Assembly: GCA_048268785.1 (NCBI GenBank)
Contig: JBLWUV010000001.1
Location: 300,962-364,961 of the forward strand
DNA: 64,000 nt
DNA from: Aequorivita sp.
GTDB taxonomy: Bacteria > Bacteroidota > Bacteroidia > Flavobacteriales > Flavobacteriaceae
Direction: 5' to 3'
Part shown: piece after piece, positions 19,052 to 27,671 of the stretch
How the letters are laid out: each line of letters opens with the position of its first letter
Position numbering within the stretch: the stretch's first letter is position 1
The notes under the pieces: model-generated
Told to the model about the DNA's origin: nothing
The model's database searches: none
What the model saw: only the letters and a program-made list of their open reading frames with translations
Position numbers and translations under genes: made by a program

Positions 19052-19963
19052 TTGTTGCAAATAGAAAAATACGGCGCAATCGACATTGGCAGTAACGCCA
19101 TTCGCTTGCTCGTGGTTACCGTGATTGAGCAAGAGGATAGCGACCCGATATTCAAAAAAACATCTTTGGTGCGCGTTCCCATTCGCTTGGGCGCCGAAGT
19201 TTTTTTAAGCGGAAAAATTTCAGAATCCAGCGCCCGTAGAATGATGGATAGCATGCAGGCCTTCCAACTTTTGATGAAAACCCACAACATAACCCGATTC
19301 CGTGCCTGCGCCACTTCAGCAATGCGGGAGGCCTCCAACGGTCGCCAGCTTGCCGATCGAATTTTGGAAAAAACGGGATTGCCCATTACCATTATAGATG
19401 GAAACGACGAAGCCGCGATTATAGCCTCTACCGATCTAAAAAGCCTTATTCAGGACGACAAGGTTTTTCTATATGTGGATGTTGGCGGAGGCAGCACCGA
19501 ACTTACCATTTATGCCAATGGTAATTGTGTTTCCTCAAAAAGTTTTAAAATTGGTACGGTCCGACTTTTGGAAAACTTGGTCGAGCCTTCCGTTTGGGAT
19601 CAAATGGAGGCTTGGGTAAAGGAACAGACCAAAAATTTTAAAAAGGTTTCCCTAATTGGAAGTGGCGGAAACATAAACACTATTTTTAAGAAAAGCGGTA
19701 AAAAATTGGGCAAACCTTTGAGTTACCAATATCTTTCCTCTTATTATGAATTGATAAAATCGCTCACTTTCGAGCAGCGCATTACGGAACTGGATATGAA
19801 TCCCGATCGTGCCGATGTGGTCGTGCACGCCACCCGAATCTATCTTTCCGCCATGAAATGGAGCAGGGCCAAAAATGTTTTTGTGCCCAAAATAGGGTTG
19901 AGCGACGGCATTGTGCGAAGTCTTTACAACGAAAAATTGGCGGCCGAAATGGAGGTCAATTAA
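19052..19963 (+). CDS. ppx: Exopolyphosphatase (Ppx/GppA family)
   Basis: 303 aa. TTG start 1 nt after the ppk1 stop. ASKHA-fold motifs AIDIGSNAIRL and DVGGGSTE. Confidence 0.9.
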   Translation: MLQIEKYGAIDIGSNAIRLLVVTVIEQEDSDPIFKKTSLVRVPIRLGAEVFLSGKISESSARRMMDSMQAFQLLMKTHNITRFRACATSAMREASNGRQLADRILEKTGLPITIIDGNDEAAIIASTDLKSLIQDDKVFLYVDVGGGSTELTIYANGNCVSSKSFKIGTVRLLENLVEPSVWDQMEAWVKEQTKNFKKVSLIGSGGNINTIFKKSGKKLGKPLSYQYLSSYYELIKSLTFEQRITELDMNPDRADVVVHATRIYLSAMKWSRAKNVFVPKIGLSDGIVRSLYNEKLAAEMEVN

Positions 19964-21075
19964 ACCCCAGAATTTTTGCGAAGGTGCCGGTTCGATATGA
20001 AACTGCCTTTGGAAGCACTTATTTTGCCCGAATCGAGATAGCGTTTGGTTACCGCGGCCCTGTTTTTGGCATCCGTCATTGGGCTGTTGCCATAGCTTTG
20101 CCGCACGGAAAGGTATTCGTTCAAAATGGAAGCAGCTTCTTTTTCACCGCCACTTTTCAATTGTTCGACTGAAATTTGGCTATTTTGAATGGCCTTCACT
20201 ACACACGGAAGCAAATAGGCAGGCCTATTCACGTGATTGTCCAAAAATAGCGCGGCCGCATATTCAGAGGAAAAAAGATCAAACAGCGAGTGGCCCCCAA
20301 GTTTTGGCGATTTTTCAAAATAAAATAATTCGAACCGATTGATGGCGTGTAAAATCTGCACGGCGCAGATTCTTTTATCCATCCCCGCTGCCACGAATCG
20401 ATAGGCAACACTATTGCTTCTAAAAAATTGCTTTTCGGCCGGGCTGTCCACTTTGTTGCCGCGGTGCATTAAATATCCATAGGTTGTGCCGGTATCCTCT
20501 GAAACATCCACTCCAAATTGGCCACAATATTGCTGAAAGGCGTCGGGGTATTTTTGTTTTATCAGCTTGATTAAAGCAGGCAATTCGCCCGGGTCGTTGC
20601 CCGCGCCCAAAGTCCATTGAAACATTCCAAAACTCATAAAACAATTGTCCCAGGTATTTACGGCATCCAAATTTCCCTCGTTTTCCGAAGTTGCCAACAA
20701 GGCGTTGATCTCGGAATTGCTGATTTTCAAATCGGCCAAAAGCTCGGAATTTTCGCGGATAAAGGTTTCGGTTATTTGGCTGCCGGGCCTAAATAAACCT
20801 TTTCGGAATTTTTTGCCCAAATATTTCCGGGTCGTATCTGTTTGATATTGATAATAAACGCGGGGATCTTCTTCAATAATAATAACGTCTGCCCGTTCCG
20901 TGCTTGCCATTGGGCCACTTTCAATGGGCAATTGCAGCACTTGGCCCACTTCAATTTTATTGGCATTCACGATATTATTGAGTTCAGCGATTTCGCGCCA
21001 TTTCGCGGTTGCGCCCAATTGTTTAAAAGCTATGGAACCCAAGGAATCACCCGATTTAACCGTATATGTTTTCAT
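19960..21075 (-). CDS. LysM domain protein with a C-terminal muramidase / lytic-transglycosylase-like region
   Basis: 371 aa. An N-terminal LysM domain (YTVKSGDSLGSIAFKQ...GQVLQLP). A later segment SENEGNLDAVNTW..SFGMFQW resembles the catalytic Glu plus (F/Y)G(L/M)xQ motif of SLT / DUF3380-type glycosidases (inference). No signal peptide. Confidence 0.75.
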   Translation of the reverse strand: MKTYTVKSGDSLGSIAFKQLGATAKWREIAELNNIVNANKIEVGQVLQLPIESGPMASTERADVIIIEEDPRVYYQYQTDTTRKYLGKKFRKGLFRPGSQITETFIRENSELLADLKISNSEINALLATSENEGNLDAVNTWDNCFMSFGMFQWTLGAGNDPGELPALIKLIKQKYPDAFQQYCGQFGVDVSEDTGTTYGYLMHRGNKVDSPAEKQFFRSNSVAYRFVAAGMDKRICAVQILHAINRFELFYFEKSPKLGGHSLFDLFSSEYAAALFLDNHVNRPAYLLPCVVKAIQNSQISVEQLKSGGEKEAASILNEYLSVRQSYGNSPMTDAKNRAAVTKRYLDSGKISASKGSFISNRHLRKNSGV

Positions 21076-21284
21076 AGGAATTTACAAATGGCGGGAAAGT
21101 CGTTCGCCACAAATTGTGATTAAATATACACAATATCAATGGGTTGCGATTTATCTATTTAGAAATTTTCATCTAATTTAAAAACAAAGAGGAGTGACGG
21201 TGATGAAGGAAAAAGGGAAGGAGTGCCGTCGAATATTTCTTCTTCGTAAAAAATTTTCGAGAAACCCTAATGCAAAAAATAGGC

Positions 21285-21653
21285 TTATTTCTTAAACATA
21301 AAATAAACGGCCAAAATTAACAACACAAAGGAAATAATATGGTTTACGCGAAATGTTTCCGTTTTAAAGACCAATAGGGTGAACCCTACAAAAACAACGA
21401 GCGTAATCACTTCCTGCAAGACTTTTAACTGCAAAAGGGAAAAGGGACCGCCATTGCCACTATACCCAATCCGATTGGCGGGCACCTGAAAAATATATTC
21501 AAACAGGGCGATTCCCCAACTAATAAGTATGATGGCGATCAAACCCAACTTGTTGAACCATTTCCATTCGGCGAATTTGAGATGGCCATACCAAGCCAAG
21601 GTCATAAACGAATTGGAAAGAACGAGCAGACAAACGGTGAGTATAGATTTCAT
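21285..21653 (-). CDS. DMT-superfamily small membrane protein (DUF486-like)
   Basis: 122 aa with 4 predicted TM helices. N-terminus ...LAWYGHLKF is typical of this family. Confidence 0.7.
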   Translation of the reverse strand: MKSILTVCLLVLSNSFMTLAWYGHLKFAEWKWFNKLGLIAIILISWGIALFEYIFQVPANRIGYSGNGGPFSLLQLKVLQEVITLVVFVGFTLLVFKTETFRVNHIISFVLLILAVYFMFKK

Positions 21654-21700
21654 AATAAGAAGTGGTATTAAAAGTGCCGAGGGAATGAGAAACTTTTAGT

Positions 21701-22990
21701 TTATTTCTTCAGCTTTTTTCGCTCCTTTTCCTCCATTTGTGCGCCGATGAAAGGAATTCGCGGAGCCAAAAAATAGCCTGTCAAACTTGCGAAAAGAATG
21801 GGAATAAAATAGGTAAAACCTGTGAGGGTTGCCAAAAGAATGGTCGTGCTCATCGGGGTTCGTGTAACGCAGGCGTTGATGGCCGCCATGCAACTAACAA
21901 TGGTCAACGAAAGGCTGATAGTTGGAAAGACGCTGTGGATCAAAAGGCCCAATGCCGTGCCGCAAAAAAATAGCGGAATTATAAAACCGCCGCGCCAACC
22001 GGAGGTCACTGTAATGGCAATGGCAATAATTTTAAACACTAGTACCGCCAAAAGAAATTGAAGGGTAAGGTCGTTCGTTAGTAGTTCGTTTATTTCAAAA
22101 TGGCTGAAATAGCGCGTTAGGGGAATGTAGAACGCGATGGTCCCCAGCAACAGGCCGCCAATCAATGTTTTCACGTAGATCGGCGCGTTTATTTTTCCAA
22201 AGAGGTTTTTAAAAAATTTGGTGCAAAATATAAAGCCCCAGCCCACGATGGTCGCCAAAATCGCGAAAAAGACCGCCCACGCAAAGTCAAAAACCGTGGT
22301 CATTTCATAGGCCGGGAGGTCCCAAGTAGGGCCGAGGCCCAAATGCACAATCAATGCAAAAACCACATAGCTGAATCCGCTGGCCACAAGTGCGGGAATG
22401 ATGGCCTGATAATATTCCACGGCGTGTTTGTGGTGCAAAATTTCCAAGGCGAAAAGGCTTCCGCCCAAGGGTGCGCCAAAAAGGGCCGTAAAACCTGAAG
22501 CCATACCCGCAATGCTCAATGAGCGCAGTTCTTCTCCTTTCAGTCTAAAAAGTTTGCCCATCCAACTGCCCGTGGAACCCGTGACCTGAACCAAGGGTGC
22601 TTCTGGGCCCAAACTTCCGCCCGAAGCAACGCACAGCAGCGAAGACAGAATAATGGAAGGATTGTTTTTCGGGTCCAACTTTCCTTTGTTGAACCGGATG
22701 TTGTTCACGATTAACTGCATTTCTCCGGGATCGCCAATAAAATAGATAATAAGGCCCGCCAAAAGTCCGCAGATAGCCATTACCGGAATTACGAGCCACC
22801 CTTGATAGACCGCTAAAAAATCGGTGAGATACATTAAAACTACCCAATAAAGCCCCGAAATTATGCCGCCTACAAGGCCCAACACGGCCCATAAAAGAAA
22901 CATTCTGCTGAAAACAAAAGGATTGAACCGAATGGGTTTGTCCAAAATGTCGGCATATTTAACGAGCTTTCTTCTTCGCTTAAGTTTCAT
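21701..22990 (-). CDS. ClC-family chloride channel / H+-Cl- antiporter
   Basis: 429 aa, polytopic, with ClC selectivity motifs GGSLGPEAP and GAPLGGSLFALE. Confidence 0.9.
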   Translation of the reverse strand: MKLKRRRKLVKYADILDKPIRFNPFVFSRMFLLWAVLGLVGGIISGLYWVVLMYLTDFLAVYQGWLVIPVMAICGLLAGLIIYFIGDPGEMQLIVNNIRFNKGKLDPKNNPSIILSSLLCVASGGSLGPEAPLVQVTGSTGSWMGKLFRLKGEELRSLSIAGMASGFTALFGAPLGGSLFALEILHHKHAVEYYQAIIPALVASGFSYVVFALIVHLGLGPTWDLPAYEMTTVFDFAWAVFFAILATIVGWGFIFCTKFFKNLFGKINAPIYVKTLIGGLLLGTIAFYIPLTRYFSHFEINELLTNDLTLQFLLAVLVFKIIAIAITVTSGWRGGFIIPLFFCGTALGLLIHSVFPTISLSLTIVSCMAAINACVTRTPMSTTILLATLTGFTYFIPILFASLTGYFLAPRIPFIGAQMEEKERKKLKK

Positions 22991-23007
22991 TCCGTAAAGA
23001 TTAAAGA

Positions 23008-23589
23008 TTAGCCGTGAATGGATTGGTGCTTGCCCAGATTTTTCATTATTTCGGCTTCAAATTCCAAAAGCTCGTTCCATTTTCGGTCCACTTCGGTACG
23101 GTCTCCATATTGGCGGGCAAAACCCAAGAACATCGTGTAGTGGTTGGCTTCGCTCACCATTAGTTTTCTATAAAATTCGGCCAATTCAGGATCTGCCAGT
23201 TCTTGGCTCAATAGCCGGAAGCGTTCACAACTTCGGGCTTCAATCAAGGCGGCATACAGGAGCCTGTGCACCAATTGTGACGTTCTGTTGCCGCCCTTGG
23301 GGAAAAATTGGAGCAGCTGCACCACATAGTCGTCTTTTCTGTCGCGGCCCAGGATCCAGCCCCGTTCCAGGATTTTGTCATGGACCATTTTAAAATGGCT
23401 GATTTCCTCTTTTACCAAGGCGATCATTTCTTGCACCAACTCGGTATATTCGGGAAAACTTACCATTAATGAAATTGCGGTAGAAGCTGCCTTTTGCTCG
23501 CACCACGCGTGGTCCGTTAGAATATCCTCTATGTTTTTTTCAACAATATTTACCCAGCGCGGGTCTGTGGGAAGTTTTAAGCCTAACAT
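23008..23589 (-). CDS. miaE: tRNA-(ms2io6A37)-hydroxylase MiaE (non-heme diiron)
   Basis: 193 aa. N-terminus LKLPTDPRWVNIVEKNIEDILTDHAWCEQKAA and the ExxH diiron ligands (EEISH, SEANH) are typical of MiaE. Confidence 0.85.
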   Translation of the reverse strand: MLGLKLPTDPRWVNIVEKNIEDILTDHAWCEQKAASTAISLMVSFPEYTELVQEMIALVKEEISHFKMVHDKILERGWILGRDRKDDYVVQLLQFFPKGGNRTSQLVHRLLYAALIEARSCERFRLLSQELADPELAEFYRKLMVSEANHYTMFLGFARQYGDRTEVDRKWNELLEFEAEIMKNLGKHQSIHG

Positions 23590-23666
23590 TTTTATATTAA
23601 CTATTTATGGATGCCGGTTTATTATTCGGGATAATTGAATTTATTTCGAGTTGTGGATAACATTTA

Positions 23667-25490
23667 CTATACCTCCAAATCAAATTCCCTTCGCAATGTT
23701 TCTAATATCGGATTTTTTTCCTTCATTTTTTCAAACTTTTCGCGCGCCGAGTAGGCATAGCGTTTTACGGCCGTTTCATTAACGGTTATGGCCAGATCAA
23801 TTTCATAATTCTGAAGCTTTTCCCGAAGAAATCCCAACAGTTCATACTTAGCCTGTTCCACTTCAGTCTTAATGGTTTGGTTGGGAAATTCTAATTGAAT
23901 TAATGTGCCGTCCAACTTGGGTGGAACCATGGTTAAGTGCGACAAGAGATTGTATTTTCCGTCGTTTTCGACGGTGGCGGTATATTCGTTCCAAGCCTGC
24001 AGCATGGCTTCCTCAGAAAATTCGGTAACTGGAAGGTTTTCCGAATCGGGCTGGTTGGCGACAAGCTCTTTTTTGATTTCCTGTTTTTTCTGAATACTTT
24101 TTAAGGAAAGGGCAGATATCTTCTTTGCATTGCGTTCGGCCAATAGCTGTGGTCTTTCAATCACCCTTTCCGAAGGTGCTTCGGGAGGTTGGGGATTTTC
24201 GTTTTTTTCAATATGGTTTTCTCCTGAACTAAAGTGGGCCGACGGTTCGCGGACCAATTGTTTTTCCAAATCAGTTTCAGCTTCTGTTTTCGTGGGATGG
24301 GAAGTAGTGATACTGCCTGCCGAAGTTATTTTTTCTTCCTTAACAGCCGCTGTTTCTGCCCTGTATTTTTTCGATTTAAAATAGGAGGGAGGAATTACGA
24401 AGCGCCCGTTGTTATTGGAGTTTTTTTTTTCGCCCTGAAACGTCAGGGATGCCAGTTGCATCAGGCAAAGTTCAACCAACAGACGTTGGTTTTGGCTGTT
24501 CTTATATTTTAGGTCGCAAGTGTTTGCAAGCTCGATTGCCTCCATTAAAAAGGAAACGGATGTTTTTTGCGATTGCTCAAAATACATAGTTTTTACCTGT
24601 TCGCCCACTTCCAATAGATTGATGGTTTCCTGGTTTTTGCAGACCAGCAGGTCCCGGAAATGCGAGGCAAGGCCCATAATGAAATGGTGCCCGTCAAAAC
24701 CTTTGGAAAGAATTTCGTTATAGGTAACCAAAACCTGTGGAATGTTGTTTTCCAAAAGCAGATCGGTTATTTGGAAATACCAAGTGTAGTCCAGCACGTT
24801 CAAATTTTCGGTAACGGCTTCGCGGGTAAGGTTTTTTCCGGCGAAGCTCACCACACGGTCAAAAATGGAAAGGGCATCGCGCAAAGCTCCATCGGCCTTT
24901 TGGGCAATAATGTGTAGGGCGTCATCCTCCGCCTCAATGTTTTCAGATTTGGCTACCTCGGCAAGATGCTCTTTGATATCGCGAACGCCGATTCGCCTGA
25001 AATCGAAAATTTGGCAGCGGGAAAGGATGGTTGGGATAATTTTGTGTTTTTCGGTAGTGGCCAAAATAAAAATGGCGTGCCTTGGCGGTTCCTCCAAAGT
25101 TTTTAAAAACGCATTGAACGCGGCCGAGGAAAGCATGTGTACCTCGTCTATTATATAGACTTTATATTTGCCAACCTGCGGTGGAATTCGCACTTGATCG
25201 ATCAAATTTCGGATATCATCAACCGAATTGTTGGAAGCGGCATCCAATTCAAAAATATTGAAGGCAAAATCCTCGCCTTCCTTTTCGGTGCCATCAGAAT
25301 TTATTTTTTTGGCAAGAATTCTGGCACAGGTTGTTTTTCCCACGCCACGCGGACCAGTGAAAAGCAGGGCCTGAGCGAGGTGATTGTTCTCGATGGCGTT
25401 CTCCAGAGTATTGGTAATAGCCTGTTGCCCAACAACGTCCTTAAAAACGACGGGGCGATATTTGCGGGCAGATACTATGAAGTGTTCCAT
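23667..25490 (-). CDS. dnaX: DNA polymerase III subunits gamma/tau
   Basis: 607 aa. AAA+ clamp-loader N-terminus (RKYRP..F.DVVGQ, GPRGVGKTT, DEVHML, SRC). Contains an in-frame A10 run at codons 354-357 (see findings). Confidence 0.95.
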   Translation of the reverse strand: MEHFIVSARKYRPVVFKDVVGQQAITNTLENAIENNHLAQALLFTGPRGVGKTTCARILAKKINSDGTEKEGEDFAFNIFELDAASNNSVDDIRNLIDQVRIPPQVGKYKVYIIDEVHMLSSAAFNAFLKTLEEPPRHAIFILATTEKHKIIPTILSRCQIFDFRRIGVRDIKEHLAEVAKSENIEAEDDALHIIAQKADGALRDALSIFDRVVSFAGKNLTREAVTENLNVLDYTWYFQITDLLLENNIPQVLVTYNEILSKGFDGHHFIMGLASHFRDLLVCKNQETINLLEVGEQVKTMYFEQSQKTSVSFLMEAIELANTCDLKYKNSQNQRLLVELCLMQLASLTFQGEKKNSNNNGRFVIPPSYFKSKKYRAETAAVKEEKITSAGSITTSHPTKTEAETDLEKQLVREPSAHFSSGENHIEKNENPQPPEAPSERVIERPQLLAERNAKKISALSLKSIQKKQEIKKELVANQPDSENLPVTEFSEEAMLQAWNEYTATVENDGKYNLLSHLTMVPPKLDGTLIQLEFPNQTIKTEVEQAKYELLGFLREKLQNYEIDLAITVNETAVKRYAYSAREKFEKMKEKNPILETLRREFDLEV

Positions 25491-25500
25491 GGTTCAGTGT

Positions 25501-25551
25501 GTGTGTAGGCTTTAGGCTGTAAGCTTTAGGCTGTAAACTTTATGCTTAGGG
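25501..25551. repeat. Simple repeat of TAGGCTGTAAGCTT-type motifs
   Basis: gtgtgtaggctttaggctgtaagctttaggctgtaaactttatgcttaggg. Related in inverted orientation to 16411..16450. Confidence 0.7.
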
Positions 25552-25632
25552 CAAATATAAAGATGTGTTGTGGGTTTTTAAAAAATAGCGGTTTCAATTT
25601 TCCCATATTTATTAACATTAAAGTACTTTTGC

Positions 25633-25960
25633 GCAGCAGGCCGCCCTATCGCTGCCGATCCCGATCTATCGGGATTCGGGAGAGGAAAGTCCGGACACCA
25701 AAGGGAGGCATAGCGGCTAACGGCCGTCGTCCCGAACACGTTTCGGGAAAGGACCAGTGCAACAGAAAGAATGTACAGGTAATGCTGTAGTGAAATCAGG
25801 TAAACTCTATGCGGTGAAATGCCACGTAAACCTGCGCTGGAGGGTTCCCGCCCAATGCAGGAGGGTAGGCAGATAGAGCGTTTTCGGCAACGGAACGCCT
25901 AGATAAATGATGGGGATCTTTCTATGGAAGGATACAGAATCCGGCTTATAGGCCTGCTTT
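25633..25960 (+). ncRNA. rnpB: RNase P RNA (bacterial type A)
   Basis: Universally conserved GAGGAAAGTCCGGAC at 25681-25696 and ACAGAATCCGGCTTA near the 3' end. A terminal P1 pairing agcaggcc (25635-42) / ggcctgct (25951-58) is followed by a T-run. Ends are approximate (+/-5 nt). Confidence 0.9.
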
Positions 25961-25962
25961 TT

Positions 25963-26322
25963 TTATAAAATTGTTCTTATCCATATATAGGCTTCCTCTT
26001 TATTTGCGAACACTTCGAAGGGCAGCTCCCTATAAAATTGCTTTTCAAAAAGAGCACTTTGTTCACAAATAGGCGAATAGCAAACTACCGCAAGTGCCGC
26101 CATATTTTCGTGAATGGAATTATAGATTGCGGGGGAGAGGTTTATGGAGTATGAATATTTCCTGTTGGAAATATATCCGAATTTCTTATCAGAAAAATAA
26201 AAATTGAAAACCTCAAATAATTCAGATAACTTGTTTTCGTCAAAAACCTGTCCTTCCTCGATGACAACCTCGATACTATTTTCATAAACAACAGCCGTTC
26301 CGAAGGTAAGTTTGTGATCCAT
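25963..26322 (-). CDS. Hypothetical protein (distant paralog of 44123..44488)
   Basis: 119-aa ORF. It shares a spaced motif, F..K.F.(Y/V)I..R.Y...I.L ... LA(V/I)V ... F..F....A..W, with the 121-aa ORF at 44123..44488. Confidence 0.6.
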   Translation of the reverse strand: MDHKLTFGTAVVYENSIEVVIEEGQVFDENKLSELFEVFNFYFSDKKFGYISNRKYSYSINLSPAIYNSIHENMAALAVVCYSPICEQSALFEKQFYRELPFEVFANKEEAYIWIRTIL

Positions 26323-26339
26323 GGATTTAAAAAGTAATG

Positions 26340-26873
26340 TTATTTAAAAAAGCTGAAAACGTTTCCTCCATATTTCCGCGCTTCATTGAAATGTTGCTCA
26401 CCAGAAAGATCTATCAATTTTGAATGTTCCAAAATGAGTAAGCCCTCTTCCTTTAAAAGCTGATTTTCAAAAACTGAGCTTAAAATTTGGTTCAGTTGTG
26501 AAATATCAAAATCATAGGGCGGATCGGCAAAAATGATATCAAATGTAGCGGAAGCTTTTTCCAAATATTTTAAAACATCCGATTTTATGGTCGTTATCGG
26601 AAATTCAAATTCTTCCGAAATTTTATTGATGTATTGAACGCAGCCGTGGTGCGCATCGACGGAAGTGATATTTGGAACCCCGCGCGAGGCGAACTCAAAA
26701 CTTATATTGCCCGTTCCGGAAAATAGATCCAACACATTCATTTCATCAAAATAATACCGGACCCTTAAAATGTTGAAAAGCGCCTCCTTGGCAAAATCGG
26801 TAGTGGGCCGAACGGGAAGATTTTTAGGTGCAATTAACTTTCTTCCTTTATGGGTGCCGGATATAATTCGCAT
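26340..26873 (-). CDS. rsmD: 16S rRNA (guanine966-N2)-methyltransferase RsmD
   Basis: 177 aa. N-terminus MRIISGTHKGRKLIAPKNLPVRPTTDFAKEALFNIL, SAM motif DLFSGTG, and the DPPY motif. Confidence 0.9.
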   Translation of the reverse strand: MRIISGTHKGRKLIAPKNLPVRPTTDFAKEALFNILRVRYYFDEMNVLDLFSGTGNISFEFASRGVPNITSVDAHHGCVQYINKISEEFEFPITTIKSDVLKYLEKASATFDIIFADPPYDFDISQLNQILSSVFENQLLKEEGLLILEHSKLIDLSGEQHFNEARKYGGNVFSFFK

Positions 26874-27628
26874 TACAAAATATTCTTTAAAACTATGTTT
26901 TTGTGTGTTTTATGGTCGTTTATTTGAAGCGTGCCGGAAAGAGCTCCATATGCAAACTCCAAATGTCGAATGTAGGTATAGGCAATTTCAAAATTCGCAT
27001 CTCCTTTTTCAATTTCGCCACAAAGCACCACGGGCAGCGTTTCGGGGTCTAACCGCAATTGTTCCATACAGAAGAGGGTGTAGTATAAAAAATCCTCGGG
27101 TGTTTTAAAGGTGTAGCTGTTACAAAGCTGCAGGGTTTTGTTTTTGGTAACCAAACAGTCAAAACTATTTTTTTGAAAGTGCAGATACATTTTTGGAAGG
27201 CTGTATTCTTCAGCAGCCAAAATTGTTTTTAAAAGAATGGTGACGGAATGGAAATAGTCGAAGCTACCATATTTTTCAAAGAAAAAATTATTGATGTTCA
27301 TAAAGGGAACATAAACCACCACCAGGTTTTGTGCATCCAACACGTCGTGGGCCATATAGTCATTCGCAAGTATTTTCGCGTTGAACTTTAAATATTCGCT
27401 TGCCTTTGCGGGATCGAAAAGTGAACCGGGAACCAAACTGTAAACCGGCGTTGAATAGACCACGGAAACTTCTGTAAAAGCAGCGTTAAGGATTTCATTT
27501 CTTGATAAAATGGCTTCTATCTCGAACAATACCTCGTCAGGCGTGGTGCTGTGGTCCCAGGTTTTTTCCATAAAAAAAACAGGGCTGTCCTTTTCGGGGC
27601 TTGTGACCAAAAAAGAAAGCCCGTTCAA
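26873..27628 (-). CDS. Hypothetical protein (DUF3822-like), coupled to rsmD
   Basis: 251-aa ORF. Its stop overlaps the rsmD start. From memory, Flavobacteriia usually have a DUF3822 gene at this position upstream of rsmD. Confidence 0.55.
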   Translation of the reverse strand: MNGLSFLVTSPEKDSPVFFMEKTWDHSTTPDEVLFEIEAILSRNEILNAAFTEVSVVYSTPVYSLVPGSLFDPAKASEYLKFNAKILANDYMAHDVLDAQNLVVVYVPFMNINNFFFEKYGSFDYFHSVTILLKTILAAEEYSLPKMYLHFQKNSFDCLVTKNKTLQLCNSYTFKTPEDFLYYTLFCMEQLRLDPETLPVVLCGEIEKGDANFEIAYTYIRHLEFAYGALSGTLQINDHKTHKNIVLKNIL

Positions 27629-27671
27629 AGAAACTTGAACGGACAGTCTTTTATTTTCAATATTTGATATG

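Noticed and set aside
16411-25551. Inverted related repeats 9 kb apart as ends of a composite transposon or genomic island
   Set aside because: The enclosed genes are core housekeeping (ppk1, ppx, miaE, dnaX, ClC). There is no transposase, integrase or tRNA attachment site. The 'repeats' are short low-complexity tracts.
25542-25790. 82-aa plus-strand ORF
   Set aside because: It overlaps the RNase P RNA. The conserved GAGGAAAGTCCGGAC core lies inside it, so the region is explained by rnpB.
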